From a phage: a stretch of DNA of 64,000 nucleotides. Location of the stretch: sequence record PQ327946.1. The stretch is one strand, 5' to 3'. The notes beneath the pieces were generated by a model. That model ran no database searches. It saw nothing but the letters and a program-made list of their open reading frames with translations, and was not told the DNA's origin. The position numbers and the translations under genes were made by a program. Positions 33,530-43,585 of the stretch are shown in pieces (positions within the stretch are counted from its first letter, which is position 1; each line of letters begins with the position of its first letter).

Positions 33530-35301
33530 AACCTGAAGAAATGAAATCCATGCGTAGAAATAAGGTCATTGCCGATAATAAACCACAAAAAGTAGCTGCA
33601 ACAGCAGCTACTGATTCATTAGAAGCATTGAATGACATTTCATCAAAACTAGACGATGTCCAAGCCGCGTCTGAACTCACATCGCAAAGTGTAGAAGATA
33701 AAGGCAATGGAATTATTGAATCAATTGGAGACTTAAAGAATTCGACAGATAATACTGCTGAAGGCACAGAGCTTATCGCAGAAGTTATTGAAAAACAAAC
33801 TGAAGTCACTAAAAGTATAAACGAAGTTTCTAGTGCAATAAGCTCCAAGTTAGACCGATTAGCTACATTATTAGAGCAAAAATTACAAACATCTACCGCT
33901 ATTCAAAATACAGGAGGCACCTCTCTTGAAGTAATTGAGAACGCAATACCTGTTAAAGTGGTTGATAACGAAACTTATGATGAGTTGTTTAAAGCATTAC
34001 CTACACCTGAAAAGATTGATAATAAGCCAGACGAAGATTTCTTCCCAGCCCCGGTTCAAGAAAGTGCTAATTCTACTTCTTCTGATTCTAAAGGCGGAAT
34101 TAGCTTTAAATTGAGCGATAAAATTGCAATGCTCACCAAAACAGTTCAAGCCGGGTTTAATAAATCAATATCAATTTCAGACAGAATTGCTGGAATGCTT
34201 TTCAAATACACTATAACGGCTGCTATTGAAGCAGCAAAAATGGCCGCACTTATTCTTGGTATTGTTATCGGTATTGATTTATTGATAGTCCATTTCAAAT
34301 ATTGGACAGACAAGTTCACTTCTGCCTGGGATTTATTTGATGAAAACTTTACTAAATTCTCCGATGAAGCTAAAGAGTGGGGTAAATTCTTAAGTGATAT
34401 ATTCACTTCTATTGACTCTATAAAACAATTGTGGGAAGCTGGAGACTGGGGCGGTTTAACCGTTGCTATTGTCAAAGGTGTAGGAACAGCATTAATGAAC
34501 TTAGGTGAACTAATTCAATTAGGAATGGCTAAACTCTCCGCGTCTATATTGCGTGCTATAGGTTTTGGTGATACCGCAGACGAAATAGAAGGACGTGCTT
34601 TGGAAGGATTCCAAGAAACTACTGGGAACAAATTAAAGAAAGAAGACCAAGAGAAAGTCGCTAAATATCAAATGAAGCGTGACGATGGAGAATTAGGAAC
34701 CGTTTCTAAAGGTCTTGATATGTTACAACGCGGCAAAACATTCGTTACTAACTGGGTTCGTGGTAATGACAATAAAGAAGAGTTTAGTACAAGCGATGAG
34801 CGTGCTGCGGAATCAGCAAAATTAAAAGAGTTACCTGAAGAGGAGCGTAAAGAGGCGTATATAAAAGCTAATGAAACTCGTGCAGCACTGGTTAGATTTG
34901 AGGATTATATCGATAAAATCGATATGACTAATCCAGAAAATGCTAAAAACGTCGAGAAGTCTTATGCTGATTTAAGTAAACTTATTAAAGACCCTGAACT
35001 TAATAAAACTCCTGTTGTTAAAAAGGAATTAGATGCTAGATTTGAAAAGCTAAATAATAAAATGGCTGAAGCCAAAAAGGCCCAGACAACAGTTAAGCCT
35101 GAATCTTCGACTAAATCTCCTGAAGCAAAACAAGTTCAGTCAATAGAGAAAGGACGTGCTTCTGAATCTAAACAACAGCAACCGGTAGCGGCGATTAGTA
35201 ACACAAATAATGTCGTCAAAAAGAATACCGTAGTCCAGAATATGACCCCTGTAACAAGTACAACGGCTCCTGGAATTTTCCATGCCACCGGTGTTAATTA
35301 A
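33526..35301 (+). CDS. 29: tail tape-measure / baseplate hub protein gp29
   Basis: 591 aa with central hydrophobic segment; size and position as T4 gp29. Confidence 0.9.
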   Translation: MKPEEMKSMRRNKVIADNKPQKVAATAATDSLEALNDISSKLDDVQAASELTSQSVEDKGNGIIESIGDLKNSTDNTAEGTELIAEVIEKQTEVTKSINEVSSAISSKLDRLATLLEQKLQTSTAIQNTGGTSLEVIENAIPVKVVDNETYDELFKALPTPEKIDNKPDEDFFPAPVQESANSTSSDSKGGISFKLSDKIAMLTKTVQAGFNKSISISDRIAGMLFKYTITAAIEAAKMAALILGIVIGIDLLIVHFKYWTDKFTSAWDLFDENFTKFSDEAKEWGKFLSDIFTSIDSIKQLWEAGDWGGLTVAIVKGVGTALMNLGELIQLGMAKLSASILRAIGFGDTADEIEGRALEGFQETTGNKLKKEDQEKVAKYQMKRDDGELGTVSKGLDMLQRGKTFVTNWVRGNDNKEEFSTSDERAAESAKLKELPEEERKEAYIKANETRAALVRFEDYIDKIDMTNPENAKNVEKSYADLSKLIKDPELNKTPVVKKELDARFEKLNNKMAEAKKAQTTVKPESSTKSPEAKQVQSIEKGRASESKQQQPVAAISNTNNVVKKNTVVQNMTPVTSTTAPGIFHATGVN

Positions 35302-35309
35302 GGATTATT

Positions 35310-36419
35310 ATGATTAGTGTAAAAGAAATAGTAGTAGATGCAAAGGATTTAAATAAAGCAATCCCAGTCTCAGAAAGTGCTGGGCAAAGCACTAAAACCG
35401 AAACAACTACTAAAACTTATGTTGCTCAATTTCCTACAGGAAGAGCAGCCGGAAATGACTCCACAGGAGACTTCCAGGTAACAGACCTTTATAAGAATGG
35501 ATTATTATTTACCGCGTACAATATGTCTGCACGCGATTCAGGATCCCTCAGGAATTTACGTCCGGCATACGCCGGCACTTCATCTAATGGTATCATATCA
35601 GATTTAACTGATAATGTGAAAGATGCAGTGACTAAATTCTCTAATGGGTTGCTTCCTGCCGGAGCTAATAAACCTACTATAAATAAAACTCCTGTTGCTA
35701 ATATACTTTTGCCACGTTCCAAATCTGACGTTGATACAACTTCACATCGTTTTAATGATGTTGGTGATAGCCTTATTACTAAAGGTGGAGGTACTGCTAC
35801 GGGTGTTTTAAGTAACATTGCTTCTACTGCAGTTTTTGGTGCATTAGATTCTATTACTCAAGGGCTTATGGCTGATAATAACGAACAGATTTATACGACT
35901 TCTCGTAGTATGTATGGCGGTGCAGAGAACCGTACTAAAGTCTTTACATGGGATTTAACTCCACGTTCAACTGAAGACCTTATGGCTATTATAAACATTT
36001 ACCAGTATTTTAACTATTTCTCATATGGTGAGACCGGTAAATCACAGTACGCCCAAGAGATTAAAAGTTATTTAGACGAATGGTACCGTTCAACGTTTAT
36101 TGAGCCTATGACACCAGACGATGCAGTAAAAAATAAGACATTGTTTGAAAAGATTACTGCGTCATTAACAAACGTATTAGTTGTAAGCAACCCTACAATT
36201 TGGATGGTTAAAAACTTTGGTTATACGTCTAAATTTGATGGATTAACTGACGTATTTGGCCCATGTCAAATTCAAAGCGTACGTTTTGATAAAACTCCAA
36301 ATGGACAATTTAATGGTCTTGCTGTTGCTCCTAACTTACCATCAACATTTACGTTAGAGATAACAATGCGAGAAATTATTACATTAAACCGTTCTTCACT
36401 TTATGCGGGGACTTTCTAA
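35310..36419 (+). CDS. 48: baseplate tail tube cap protein gp48
   Basis: 369 aa; synteny. Confidence 0.88.
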   Translation: MISVKEIVVDAKDLNKAIPVSESAGQSTKTETTTKTYVAQFPTGRAAGNDSTGDFQVTDLYKNGLLFTAYNMSARDSGSLRNLRPAYAGTSSNGIISDLTDNVKDAVTKFSNGLLPAGANKPTINKTPVANILLPRSKSDVDTTSHRFNDVGDSLITKGGGTATGVLSNIASTAVFGALDSITQGLMADNNEQIYTTSRSMYGGAENRTKVFTWDLTPRSTEDLMAIINIYQYFNYFSYGETGKSQYAQEIKSYLDEWYRSTFIEPMTPDDAVKNKTLFEKITASLTNVLVVSNPTIWMVKNFGYTSKFDGLTDVFGPCQIQSVRFDKTPNGQFNGLAVAPNLPSTFTLEITMREIITLNRSSLYAGTF

Positions 36420-37381
36420 TGTACTCTTTAGAAGAATTTAATAACCAAGCTATAAATGCAGATTTCCAACGAAACAATATGTTTAGTTGTGTATTTGCTA
36501 CTACACCATCGACTAAATCATCTTCACTAATTTCGTCAATTGGTAGTTTTGCTTATAATAACTTAGGGTTGGATTCAGATTGGCTAGGATTGTCTCAAGG
36601 TGATATCAATCAGGGCGTAACAACCCTGATTACAGCAGGAACACAGAAATTAATTCGAAAATCAGGTATAAGTAAATATCTGATTGGAGCAATGAGTCAA
36701 CGTACGGTACAAAGCTTGTTAGGCGAGTTCACAGTAGGATCTTATCTGATAGACTTCTTCAATATGGCATATAATAATACAGGTTTAATGATTTATTCTG
36801 TAAAAATGCCTGAGAACCGATTATCTTATGAAACGGATTTCAACTATAACTCCCCGAACATCCGAATTACCGGCCGTGAAATGGACCCGTTAGTAATAAG
36901 CTTTAGAATGGATTCCGAAGCATCTAACTTTAGAGCAATGCAAGACTGGGTAAACTCAGTCCAAGACCCTGTAACAGGTCTTCGTGCTTTACCACAAGAC
37001 GTCGAAGCAGATATTCAGGTTAATTTACACGCACGAAATGGTTTACCACATACCGCTGTCATGTTCACAGGATGTATTCCTGTTAGTGTCTCTTCTCCTG
37101 AGTTAACGTATGATGGTGATAATCAGATAACAGTTTTTGATGTAACATTTGCTTATCGCGTTATGCAATCAGGTGCTGTAAATAGACAGGCTGCTTTAGA
37201 ATGGCTGGAATCAGGACTTATTAGTAGTGTTTCAGGAATGTTTGGAAATAATCAGAATGATTCTGGACTAGGAAGTGCAGTATCAAGACTTTCTAGATTA
37301 GGTGGGACTGCTGGTGGTGTGTCTAATATAAACACATTGACAGGTGTGGTGAATTCTGCGTCAAGAGTTTTAGGACTATAA
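36419..37381 (+). CDS. 54: baseplate tail tube initiator gp54
   Basis: 320 aa; synteny. Confidence 0.88.
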   Translation: MYSLEEFNNQAINADFQRNNMFSCVFATTPSTKSSSLISSIGSFAYNNLGLDSDWLGLSQGDINQGVTTLITAGTQKLIRKSGISKYLIGAMSQRTVQSLLGEFTVGSYLIDFFNMAYNNTGLMIYSVKMPENRLSYETDFNYNSPNIRITGREMDPLVISFRMDSEASNFRAMQDWVNSVQDPVTGLRALPQDVEADIQVNLHARNGLPHTAVMFTGCIPVSVSSPELTYDGDNQITVFDVTFAYRVMQSGAVNRQAALEWLESGLISSVSGMFGNNQNDSGLGSAVSRLSRLGGTAGGVSNINTLTGVVNSASRVLGL

Positions 37382-37387
37382 GAAAAA

Positions 37388-37410
37388 GGGAGACAACGTC
37401 TCCCTTTAGG
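37388..37410. terminator. bidirectional terminator between gene 54 (+) and alt.-1-like ORF (-)
   Basis: A5-GGGAGACAACGTCTCCC-TTT. Confidence 0.65.
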
Positions 37411-37413
37411 GGT

Positions 37414-37707
37414 TTATTTACGGAATGAAAGGAATGCTGGTGCTCGGAATGGAGTATCATCTTTAGAGTATTTAACTAATACGACCATTGGCACCTCTGT
37501 TTCTAAATGACCTGTCACTACACCGATAAAAATTTGATCAGTGTGCTCAGGGTCACGAAAGTTTTTAAGAGGTTCCATAGCAATATGGAATGCACCTGGG
37601 AATACTCGATTCAATTCGTCAATCACAGCTTCGTTAAAAACATCATCCGCCGGGATAACATCTTCAACTACTAGTTCTTGACCATTAAAGCGAAGCATAG
37701 ATTTCAT
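37414..37707 (-). CDS. hypothetical protein (97 aa), alt.-1-like position
   Basis: Start moved to MKSMLRFNGQ... preceded by leader CAACATGAGGAAAACGTT; the track's N-terminal 24 codons run through the early promoter and leader. Confidence 0.6.
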   Translation of the reverse strand: MKSMLRFNGQELVVEDVIPADDVFNEAVIDELNRVFPGAFHIAMEPLKNFRDPEHTDQIFIGVVTGHLETEVPMVVLVKYSKDDTPFRAPAFLSFRK

Positions 37708-37736
37708 AACGTTTTCCTCATGTTGTTGATGGGATG

Positions 37737-37766
37737 ATAGTATCACACATTCATGTGTTTGTAAAC
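37737..37766 (-). promoter_or_regulatory. early promoter for the alt.-1-like ORF
   Basis: Minus strand GTTTACAAACACATGAATGTGTGATACTAT, then leader CATCAACAACATGAGGAAAACGTT-ATG. Confidence 0.6.
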
Positions 37767-39853
37767 TATCCTTGGACAAATTTAAACGGAACTGATTCTA
37801 AATCCATTAAAGATGCTAACAATTTCAATCCTTTAGGAGCACTAGTTTTTTCTACAAACGTGGAGAACGATACCAGCTCATCTGATTCGATTTCACCCGT
37901 CATAGCAACCACCTCGCCTGTTTCCATGAGAACATCACCGTCGTAAATGACAGCTTCGTCCAACTGGTCCGAGGACATGACTTCAGCTTGAATAAATTTA
38001 AGGTTGGATTCTAAACCTGCACCAGTGTCAGATGACGCATCTGTAATTTTATTTATCTGCAAGAGAATACCTCTAGGCAAAATAATTTCTTGCTCGTTAG
38101 GGTGATTACTCAACTGTCCAGGATAAATCACGTTAACTTTATGGGCGCCATCAATAGCCCATCCAACGTTAACACGGATTTGGTCTGGTGCATGCATAGC
38201 TGTTCTTACTTGACTAGGAGAAATAGTAACACCTTCGTCATTATTATCAATGTTAAGCTCTTTGCGAACTTCTTCAGGAGCAAGTCCAAGGGCAACGTTC
38301 TCTTTAAACCCACCGAAAATAATAGGAGCTAGTGAAGTGGAAACATAGTTTCTGAAGTAGAATACCTTATTTTTAACCATTGCTTCGTAAATAGGCATTC
38401 TGATAGACTGGGCTCTATATAACGTTAGTCCTTCAGGTAAACGGTCTCCATTTAAAAACGCTGAATCAAGACCATCAATAGCGCGTTTAACTTCATCTTC
38501 ATCTGCAACATCGTAAAAATCTGGTTTATAACGACCTAACAGCATATTATTGATATCGGTATACGCAGAAGAGGCATATTCACGAATAGCTCGTTTTTCA
38601 GCAACAGAGTATTGATTAGGGACCCGATTCATTGTTATATTAAAGGTGCCTCTAGCCGATTCTCGTGCATAAGTATACATCACATTAGACAAGAACGCTG
38701 ATTTACGTTGTTTCCAAGTTCTTTCAGATACTTCAGCTAAAACGTCGTCGGGCAGTTGGAAATTATCACGTCTAAAATCTTCAAACCATTCGTCTTTAAT
38801 AGAGTCTGCAATTTCATTTGCAGCTTCAACAAAAGCAGCTAATGCTTTAACAGATGTTGTTTTTTCAGTTTTAATTTTCTTAGCAAACTTTTCTAAAGTC
38901 GGCTTAATAACACTACCATAAGAAACTTCATCAGCAAATTTAAAGGATTCATCAATACGATTATAAATCTTATTTTCGATATCAGCAACTAAAGTGCCTT
39001 TTGCTGTGGACGATGCTTGGGCTAGTACGATTTCATATGCTTCAGGAAGTAATTCGGCTGTAGCTGGGCCACTAACTTCTTTAGCAGAATTTTCATATTT
39101 CTGGAATAACTCACCTTCTTGGCGGTCAGCTTCTAAAGATTGACTTGCTGCAATAGCACGACGAGAAATTTTAGTACGAGCAATAACAGGCTTATCTTTA
39201 CGTTTTTCTTCTACAGCAGCAATAGAACCAGCGATAGCCGTTTCTTTGGTGACCTTTTCACCAGTCTTTTTACTCACATAAACTTCGCCAACTTCAGAAT
39301 CTACTTTCGTGTACAACTCTGTGTTAATGTTAGGGATGCCTTTAATATCTTCAATGTTGGCATTTTTACGAACCATCATCACATAGGTGTGTTTACCTGT
39401 GAATTGATACATTGCTGACAATACTTTAAAACGACCGCCAGTTTTAGTAGAAACTAAACGAGCAAGAAGAGTTTGAAGCTGTTGTCCACGTCCTTTCAAT
39501 TTCTTGGTAGGGAATCGGAACAGAACTGCATCCATACGAAGAGCTTTAACCTGTTCATATACTGTATTGAAAATGGTGTTGATTGCATCAATAGGAGCAG
39601 GACCAAGGCCGTTTTTCAATTCAGCGAGATTACCCTTTTCAGACAGACTCATAATAACAACATGAGCGTATTTGTCGCCAAGTTTAACTTGTTTTACAGC
39701 ATCGCCTTCAGAAAGGTAAGAGAATAAGCGAACTACGATGTTTGTATCAACATCACCAATTTTCCAGACTTGTGGAACTTTAGCTTTAGGGTTCAAATTG
39801 ACGACAGGAAGACTGCCTTCAGATTCAAACACTTCATTTAATTGTTCAGACAT
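37766..39853 (-). CDS. alt: Alt-like ADP-ribosyltransferase (capsid-packaged, modifies host RNA polymerase)
   Basis: 695 aa; size and position between gene 54 and ligase as T4 Alt. Confidence 0.8.
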   Translation of the reverse strand: MSEQLNEVFESEGSLPVVNLNPKAKVPQVWKIGDVDTNIVVRLFSYLSEGDAVKQVKLGDKYAHVVIMSLSEKGNLAELKNGLGPAPIDAINTIFNTVYEQVKALRMDAVLFRFPTKKLKGRGQQLQTLLARLVSTKTGGRFKVLSAMYQFTGKHTYVMMVRKNANIEDIKGIPNINTELYTKVDSEVGEVYVSKKTGEKVTKETAIAGSIAAVEEKRKDKPVIARTKISRRAIAASQSLEADRQEGELFQKYENSAKEVSGPATAELLPEAYEIVLAQASSTAKGTLVADIENKIYNRIDESFKFADEVSYGSVIKPTLEKFAKKIKTEKTTSVKALAAFVEAANEIADSIKDEWFEDFRRDNFQLPDDVLAEVSERTWKQRKSAFLSNVMYTYARESARGTFNITMNRVPNQYSVAEKRAIREYASSAYTDINNMLLGRYKPDFYDVADEDEVKRAIDGLDSAFLNGDRLPEGLTLYRAQSIRMPIYEAMVKNKVFYFRNYVSTSLAPIIFGGFKENVALGLAPEEVRKELNIDNNDEGVTISPSQVRTAMHAPDQIRVNVGWAIDGAHKVNVIYPGQLSNHPNEQEIILPRGILLQINKITDASSDTGAGLESNLKFIQAEVMSSDQLDEAVIYDGDVLMETGEVVAMTGEIESDELVSFSTFVEKTSAPKGLKLLASLMDLESVPFKFVQG

Positions 39854-39909
39854 AGTGTTTTCCTTTTAGTAATAATTTATATTTATGCCAAAAAAGAGCC
39901 CGAAGGCTC

Positions 39910-40098
39910 TTAATCCACAATCGGGAGCAAAGTACGATAAACTTCAAAATTAGGGCCTTTTTCGTACTTATCAAAATTGTCCATAAAAATACGATAGGAA
40001 TCGTTATTAGGAAAATCTAATACAATTTGGGAACAAGAGGTGGAAACATTGCGACCATCTTTATTAGCGACAACTACTGTTTCTAAATAAGCTTTCAT
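39910..40098 (-). CDS. hypothetical protein (62 aa)
   Basis: Start moved to MKAYLETVVV... whose ATG overlaps the ligase stop (TAATG); track ORF starts 7 codons earlier. Confidence 0.5.
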   Translation of the reverse strand: MKAYLETVVVANKDGRNVSTSCSQIVLDFPNNDSYRIFMDNFDKYEKGPNFEVYRTLLPIVD

Positions 40099-41591
40099 TA
40101 TAAACCTGTCTGGGACCACGGTCCAAATACGTCTTCAAATGAATCCGCTTCTGTTTTATCAAAACGGAACCCTTTAATAATTGGAAGGAAAATACCTACA
40201 GTACCTTCACGGCCTTTAGAATGAACCCAACCATTACATTCACAATCAGCGATACGTCCAATTAATTTACCTTCACGGGCTTCTGTCATTAATCGTTCAC
40301 GGTCTAAATCATGACGCTCGTCTAAAGGAATAAGAACCTTTACACCGTCAACTGTTTTATGAGTTGTATCTTTAAACCCTGAACCACAATCGGTTGTAAT
40401 ACGACGACAACGTGATACGAGTTCGACACCACCTAATTTGTTAGGGTCTTTAGAGTGTTCATAGTATCCTACAACTTCTAAAGCGATATCAATAACTTCT
40501 TTAAATTTAATTAGGTTCTTAGAGCGTTTGTTTTCCCAATATGAATCACGGTTTTTAAGGATAATACCTTCAAGGCCTTGGTCAACATATTTTTTATAAA
40601 CCACTTTAGCTTCGTCAAGATTACGAACTAACTGGTTTTCGATAGGTTCAATTCGCTTAAAGCCTTCAGCCATATTTTCAAGAGCAGCAAAACGAACATC
40701 GTATTTCTGACCTTTAATTTTGCCATCAGAATAGACTTCATCTAAAGGAACATAGTCCCAGGCTTGAAGAACCATACCTTCCGCTTCTTTAGGAGAAATA
40801 GTCCCTTGAAGAGATTTATTTGCTAAACCATTTGAAGTGCTACGGTCTGCAACTTGTACTTCTTCGGATTCTTCATTATCACCAAATAAGAACGACAGAT
40901 CATTTCCTGAGCTCACAGCCTTTTTAATATCGAATGAATGATAAACTAATTCACCGTCGATTAAAACCCCATTAGGGTGTCTTTCACGAGCTTCTTTAGT
41001 CATTTCCATTAGTTCATCCGCTAATAGAGTAAGACCATGGTATTCGTTACCGGCACGAGAAAAGAATTGAACACCACCATCGCGGACTTCAGCGAAACAA
41101 CGAGCACCATCTGCTTTTAATTGGGCAAATGCGGGCCATTTAATATTTTTAGTAATCAATTTCTCATCATATGCAGATGCTAACATCTGTGGTTGCAATT
41201 GAATAAGTCCAGGCCACACCTTATTCGCGATAGACACTGAAGCACCTACTTCAAGGTCTCGCATCATTACACGGCGTAGTACTTCAACATCATCAGGTTT
41301 ACCGTCGGCGATATAACCCATGAGCTCTTTAATTGCTGCATTACCAGTGAGTTTACGAGTGGCCAATGTGAACTCAATAAAATCCAACATGTCATCTAAT
41401 TCAAGAAGGCCATACGCTTGAGACCTTTCACCTGGCCCCGGCCATTTCTTAATATAATACTGAATGCCATGTGCATACGTTAAACGATATACACGTTCAA
41501 GTAATTTGTTGTCCTTATTTTTCTTAAGGATTTCCTGTTTTGTTTTAGTAGAACCGATCGCAGCTATTTGGTTTAAAATATCTAAAATCAT
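40098..41591 (-). CDS. 30: ATP-dependent DNA ligase gp30
   Basis: 497 aa; MILDILNQIAAIGSTKTKQEIL...; adenylation motif KADGAR; closely matches T4 DNA ligase. Confidence 0.96.
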   Translation of the reverse strand: MILDILNQIAAIGSTKTKQEILKKNKDNKLLERVYRLTYAHGIQYYIKKWPGPGERSQAYGLLELDDMLDFIEFTLATRKLTGNAAIKELMGYIADGKPDDVEVLRRVMMRDLEVGASVSIANKVWPGLIQLQPQMLASAYDEKLITKNIKWPAFAQLKADGARCFAEVRDGGVQFFSRAGNEYHGLTLLADELMEMTKEARERHPNGVLIDGELVYHSFDIKKAVSSGNDLSFLFGDNEESEEVQVADRSTSNGLANKSLQGTISPKEAEGMVLQAWDYVPLDEVYSDGKIKGQKYDVRFAALENMAEGFKRIEPIENQLVRNLDEAKVVYKKYVDQGLEGIILKNRDSYWENKRSKNLIKFKEVIDIALEVVGYYEHSKDPNKLGGVELVSRCRRITTDCGSGFKDTTHKTVDGVKVLIPLDERHDLDRERLMTEAREGKLIGRIADCECNGWVHSKGREGTVGIFLPIIKGFRFDKTEADSFEDVFGPWSQTGL

Positions 41592-41857
41592 TTGATATCC
41601 TCGATTTTGGTTACGGTTCTATTATAAGCCACTTCATCTAGAAGCGATTTCAGCGTTTTCTGATAAGTGGTAATCCATTTACCGAGTCCTTCAACATAAT
41701 ATTCTGAAATGTAGATGAACCCTTGTTCAACACACTCTTTAAATATTTCTGCGTCTTTTACTGAACGAAACATTGGCCAGTCTCTAAAGAACATGTTAAC
41801 GTGACCGTAGTCACGCGTTGTGTTTTTGCCATCTGTAATATCATGAACTACAAACAT
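41588..41857 (-). CDS. 30.1: hypothetical protein (T4 30.1 position)
   Basis: 89 aa; synteny. Confidence 0.6.
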   Translation of the reverse strand: MFVVHDITDGKNTTRDYGHVNMFFRDWPMFRSVKDAEIFKECVEQGFIYISEYYVEGLGKWITTYQKTLKSLLDEVAYNRTVTKIEDIK

Positions 41858-41866
41858 AATTAACCC

Positions 41867-42682
41867 TTAACAATTTATAGACCAAGTCCATTTGGACGAA
41901 TCTAAAGGAAAGTTTTGAATCGTCCACCATGGCTGCATATCGGTTGGTCCTTGGTTTCGCCAGGTATACGGATTCGACGGAGTGCCAATTTGATTAGGCC
42001 ATGCACCTGGACTTGTTGCACCAGATTCTTTAAGCAAATCTGCCAATCGTTTTAAAAGGTCTTCACTATCTGAATCTGAATTATGCTCTGGCGGAACCAA
42101 TCGAGATTCAATATCATCCCACGTGTGTACACGTTGTGCAGTACGAGGAATGGCATCACGTTCACCACGAGCCAACCAATAAATCGGTACATTAAGAATT
42201 TCTGCTGCATGGTCACAGTGATGAGCTAAATCGTCAACGTAACAAATCACGTTATATTTTGTTTTAGCTAGTTCAAATAATTGTTCCTTTGAAGAATCAT
42301 GACCACACATCATTACTTCAGAGAAAGCGCCTGGGAACAAAGCATTCAAATTAAATTGTCTATTCAATCGAGCATCAATTGAATCACCTAGCGCCGTCAC
42401 GGCTACAAAATTATAGTCTTCTTTTAGTTTATTGATAACTCGAAGAGCATCAGAATAAGGCGCTAAGTAACGAATAAAATCAGAGCTATTATATTTTTCT
42501 ATTAATTGTTTACCAAGGTTATCGTCGGTATTGAACAGTTTACCAGGAGAAATAAATTTTTCGTCCTGAATCATTTTTAAAATATGTTCTAATGGAAGAT
42601 TATATTTTTGGGCAAAATAAGGAAGTCCAGATTGCCAGCTTAAACATACACCATCAATATCAGTCAAAATAGTAGGCTTCAT
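41867..42682 (-). CDS. 30.2: HAD-superfamily hydrolase-like protein (T4 30.2 position)
   Basis: 271 aa; N-terminal ILTDIDGV resembles HAD motif I (DxDG). Confidence 0.65.
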   Translation of the reverse strand: MKPTILTDIDGVCLSWQSGLPYFAQKYNLPLEHILKMIQDEKFISPGKLFNTDDNLGKQLIEKYNSSDFIRYLAPYSDALRVINKLKEDYNFVAVTALGDSIDARLNRQFNLNALFPGAFSEVMMCGHDSSKEQLFELAKTKYNVICYVDDLAHHCDHAAEILNVPIYWLARGERDAIPRTAQRVHTWDDIESRLVPPEHNSDSDSEDLLKRLADLLKESGATSPGAWPNQIGTPSNPYTWRNQGPTDMQPWWTIQNFPLDSSKWTWSINC

Positions 42683-43146
42683 AAAGAGTCTCTTAATAGG
42701 TTTAACACATCAATAAATTCGGCTTCGGTTAATATTGTATCATCTTTTGTTAGGTGGCTGGCCATGCTGTGCTTCAAAATTTTTCCTTTAGAGGCTTGTA
42801 AGGCATCGCGAAACCCCTTGTTTTGGATCGCGGCTTCAAAATATGCATTTGTGTATAATTCTTTCCACGCTTCAGAGTATCTTGAAAATGGAACTCCTAA
42901 CCAGAAGAGAGTCCCACGGTCCTGAGCTCTTGCATAAGACCTTCCAGCTTGCTGTGCGGCCAGACCTGACAGCCCAAATATACGTCTTTGTTGTTCAACA
43001 TTTTTCACCTTACATCCTTGGAGAAATCCTTCAAGACCTCCGAATTGAATACCATCCATAACAAAAGGCCATTGAGCAAAGTTACTTAATGCACATGACG
43101 GCCACTTGAAATTACTTCTTATTTCTAATTCAGACATCTTTAACAC
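42679..43146 (-). CDS. 30.3: NADAR (YbiA/DUF1768) family protein (T4 30.3 position)
   Basis: 155 aa; LSNFAQWPFVMDGIQFGGLEGFLQGCK aligns with E. coli YbiA FSNFAAWPIKVDGKTWPTSEHYFQAQK. Confidence 0.7.
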   Translation of the reverse strand: MLKMSELEIRSNFKWPSCALSNFAQWPFVMDGIQFGGLEGFLQGCKVKNVEQQRRIFGLSGLAAQQAGRSYARAQDRGTLFWLGVPFSRYSEAWKELYTNAYFEAAIQNKGFRDALQASKGKILKHSMASHLTKDDTILTEAEFIDVLNLLRDSL

Positions 43147-43342
43147 TTATAATTTCAACATCAGCCCAATGACCGTAACTAGGCAGACGGTCTTCAATGG
43201 ATAAACCACCGTCATTTTTAAGCATTTTAATTGTCTTGATATACGGTTCATCCTGTGGATGAATAGGCGAGCAGTCAGTCACACGATAAGTAACTTCGAC
43301 CATTTCCGTGCCTAACAATTTCTGGATTAATTTATTCAACAT
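43130..43342 (-). CDS. hypothetical protein (70 aa)
   Basis: ORF in the 30.x cluster, tightly packed with neighbours. Confidence 0.5.
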   Translation of the reverse strand: MLNKLIQKLLGTEMVEVTYRVTDCSPIHPQDEPYIKTIKMLKNDGGLSIEDRLPSYGHWADVEIISVKDV

Positions 43343-43529
43343 GTTTCAACCCTTTAATAGGAGATAACTCTTTACCCATACGTATGTCAGAAGTCCAATC
43401 AACCCATTGAACAGCATACGCTTCATTGATAATTCCAGCGGCGGTTTTAAATTCAGGGAGAACTTTAAAAATCACCCCAGGGATTCCAACACCTTTTAAT
43501 TGGACTGTTTGTGCTATTAAAAATTTCAT
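43332..43529 (-). CDS. hypothetical protein (65 aa)
   Basis: Start moved from the track's GTG to ATG (MKFLIAQ...); sigma70-like promoter upstream. Confidence 0.5.
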   Translation of the reverse strand: MKFLIAQTVQLKGVGIPGVIFKVLPEFKTAAGIINEAYAVQWVDWTSDIRMGKELSPIKGLKHVE

Positions 43530-43555
43530 ATTTTTTTCCACTTACTAAAGAAATC

Positions 43556-43585
43556 ATTATACTCTAATCCGTCCTTGGATGTACA
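43556..43585 (-). promoter_or_regulatory. putative early promoter (TGTACA-N18-TATAAT)
   Basis: Minus strand TGTACATCCAAGGACGGATTAGAGTATAAT upstream of the 65-aa ORF; weaker -35. Confidence 0.4.

Noticed and set aside
37766-39853. Alt ADP-ribosyltransferase as a novel toxin
   Set aside because: Size, position between gene 54 and ligase, and co-orientation with early genes match the established T4 alt gene; it is a known function, not a new system.
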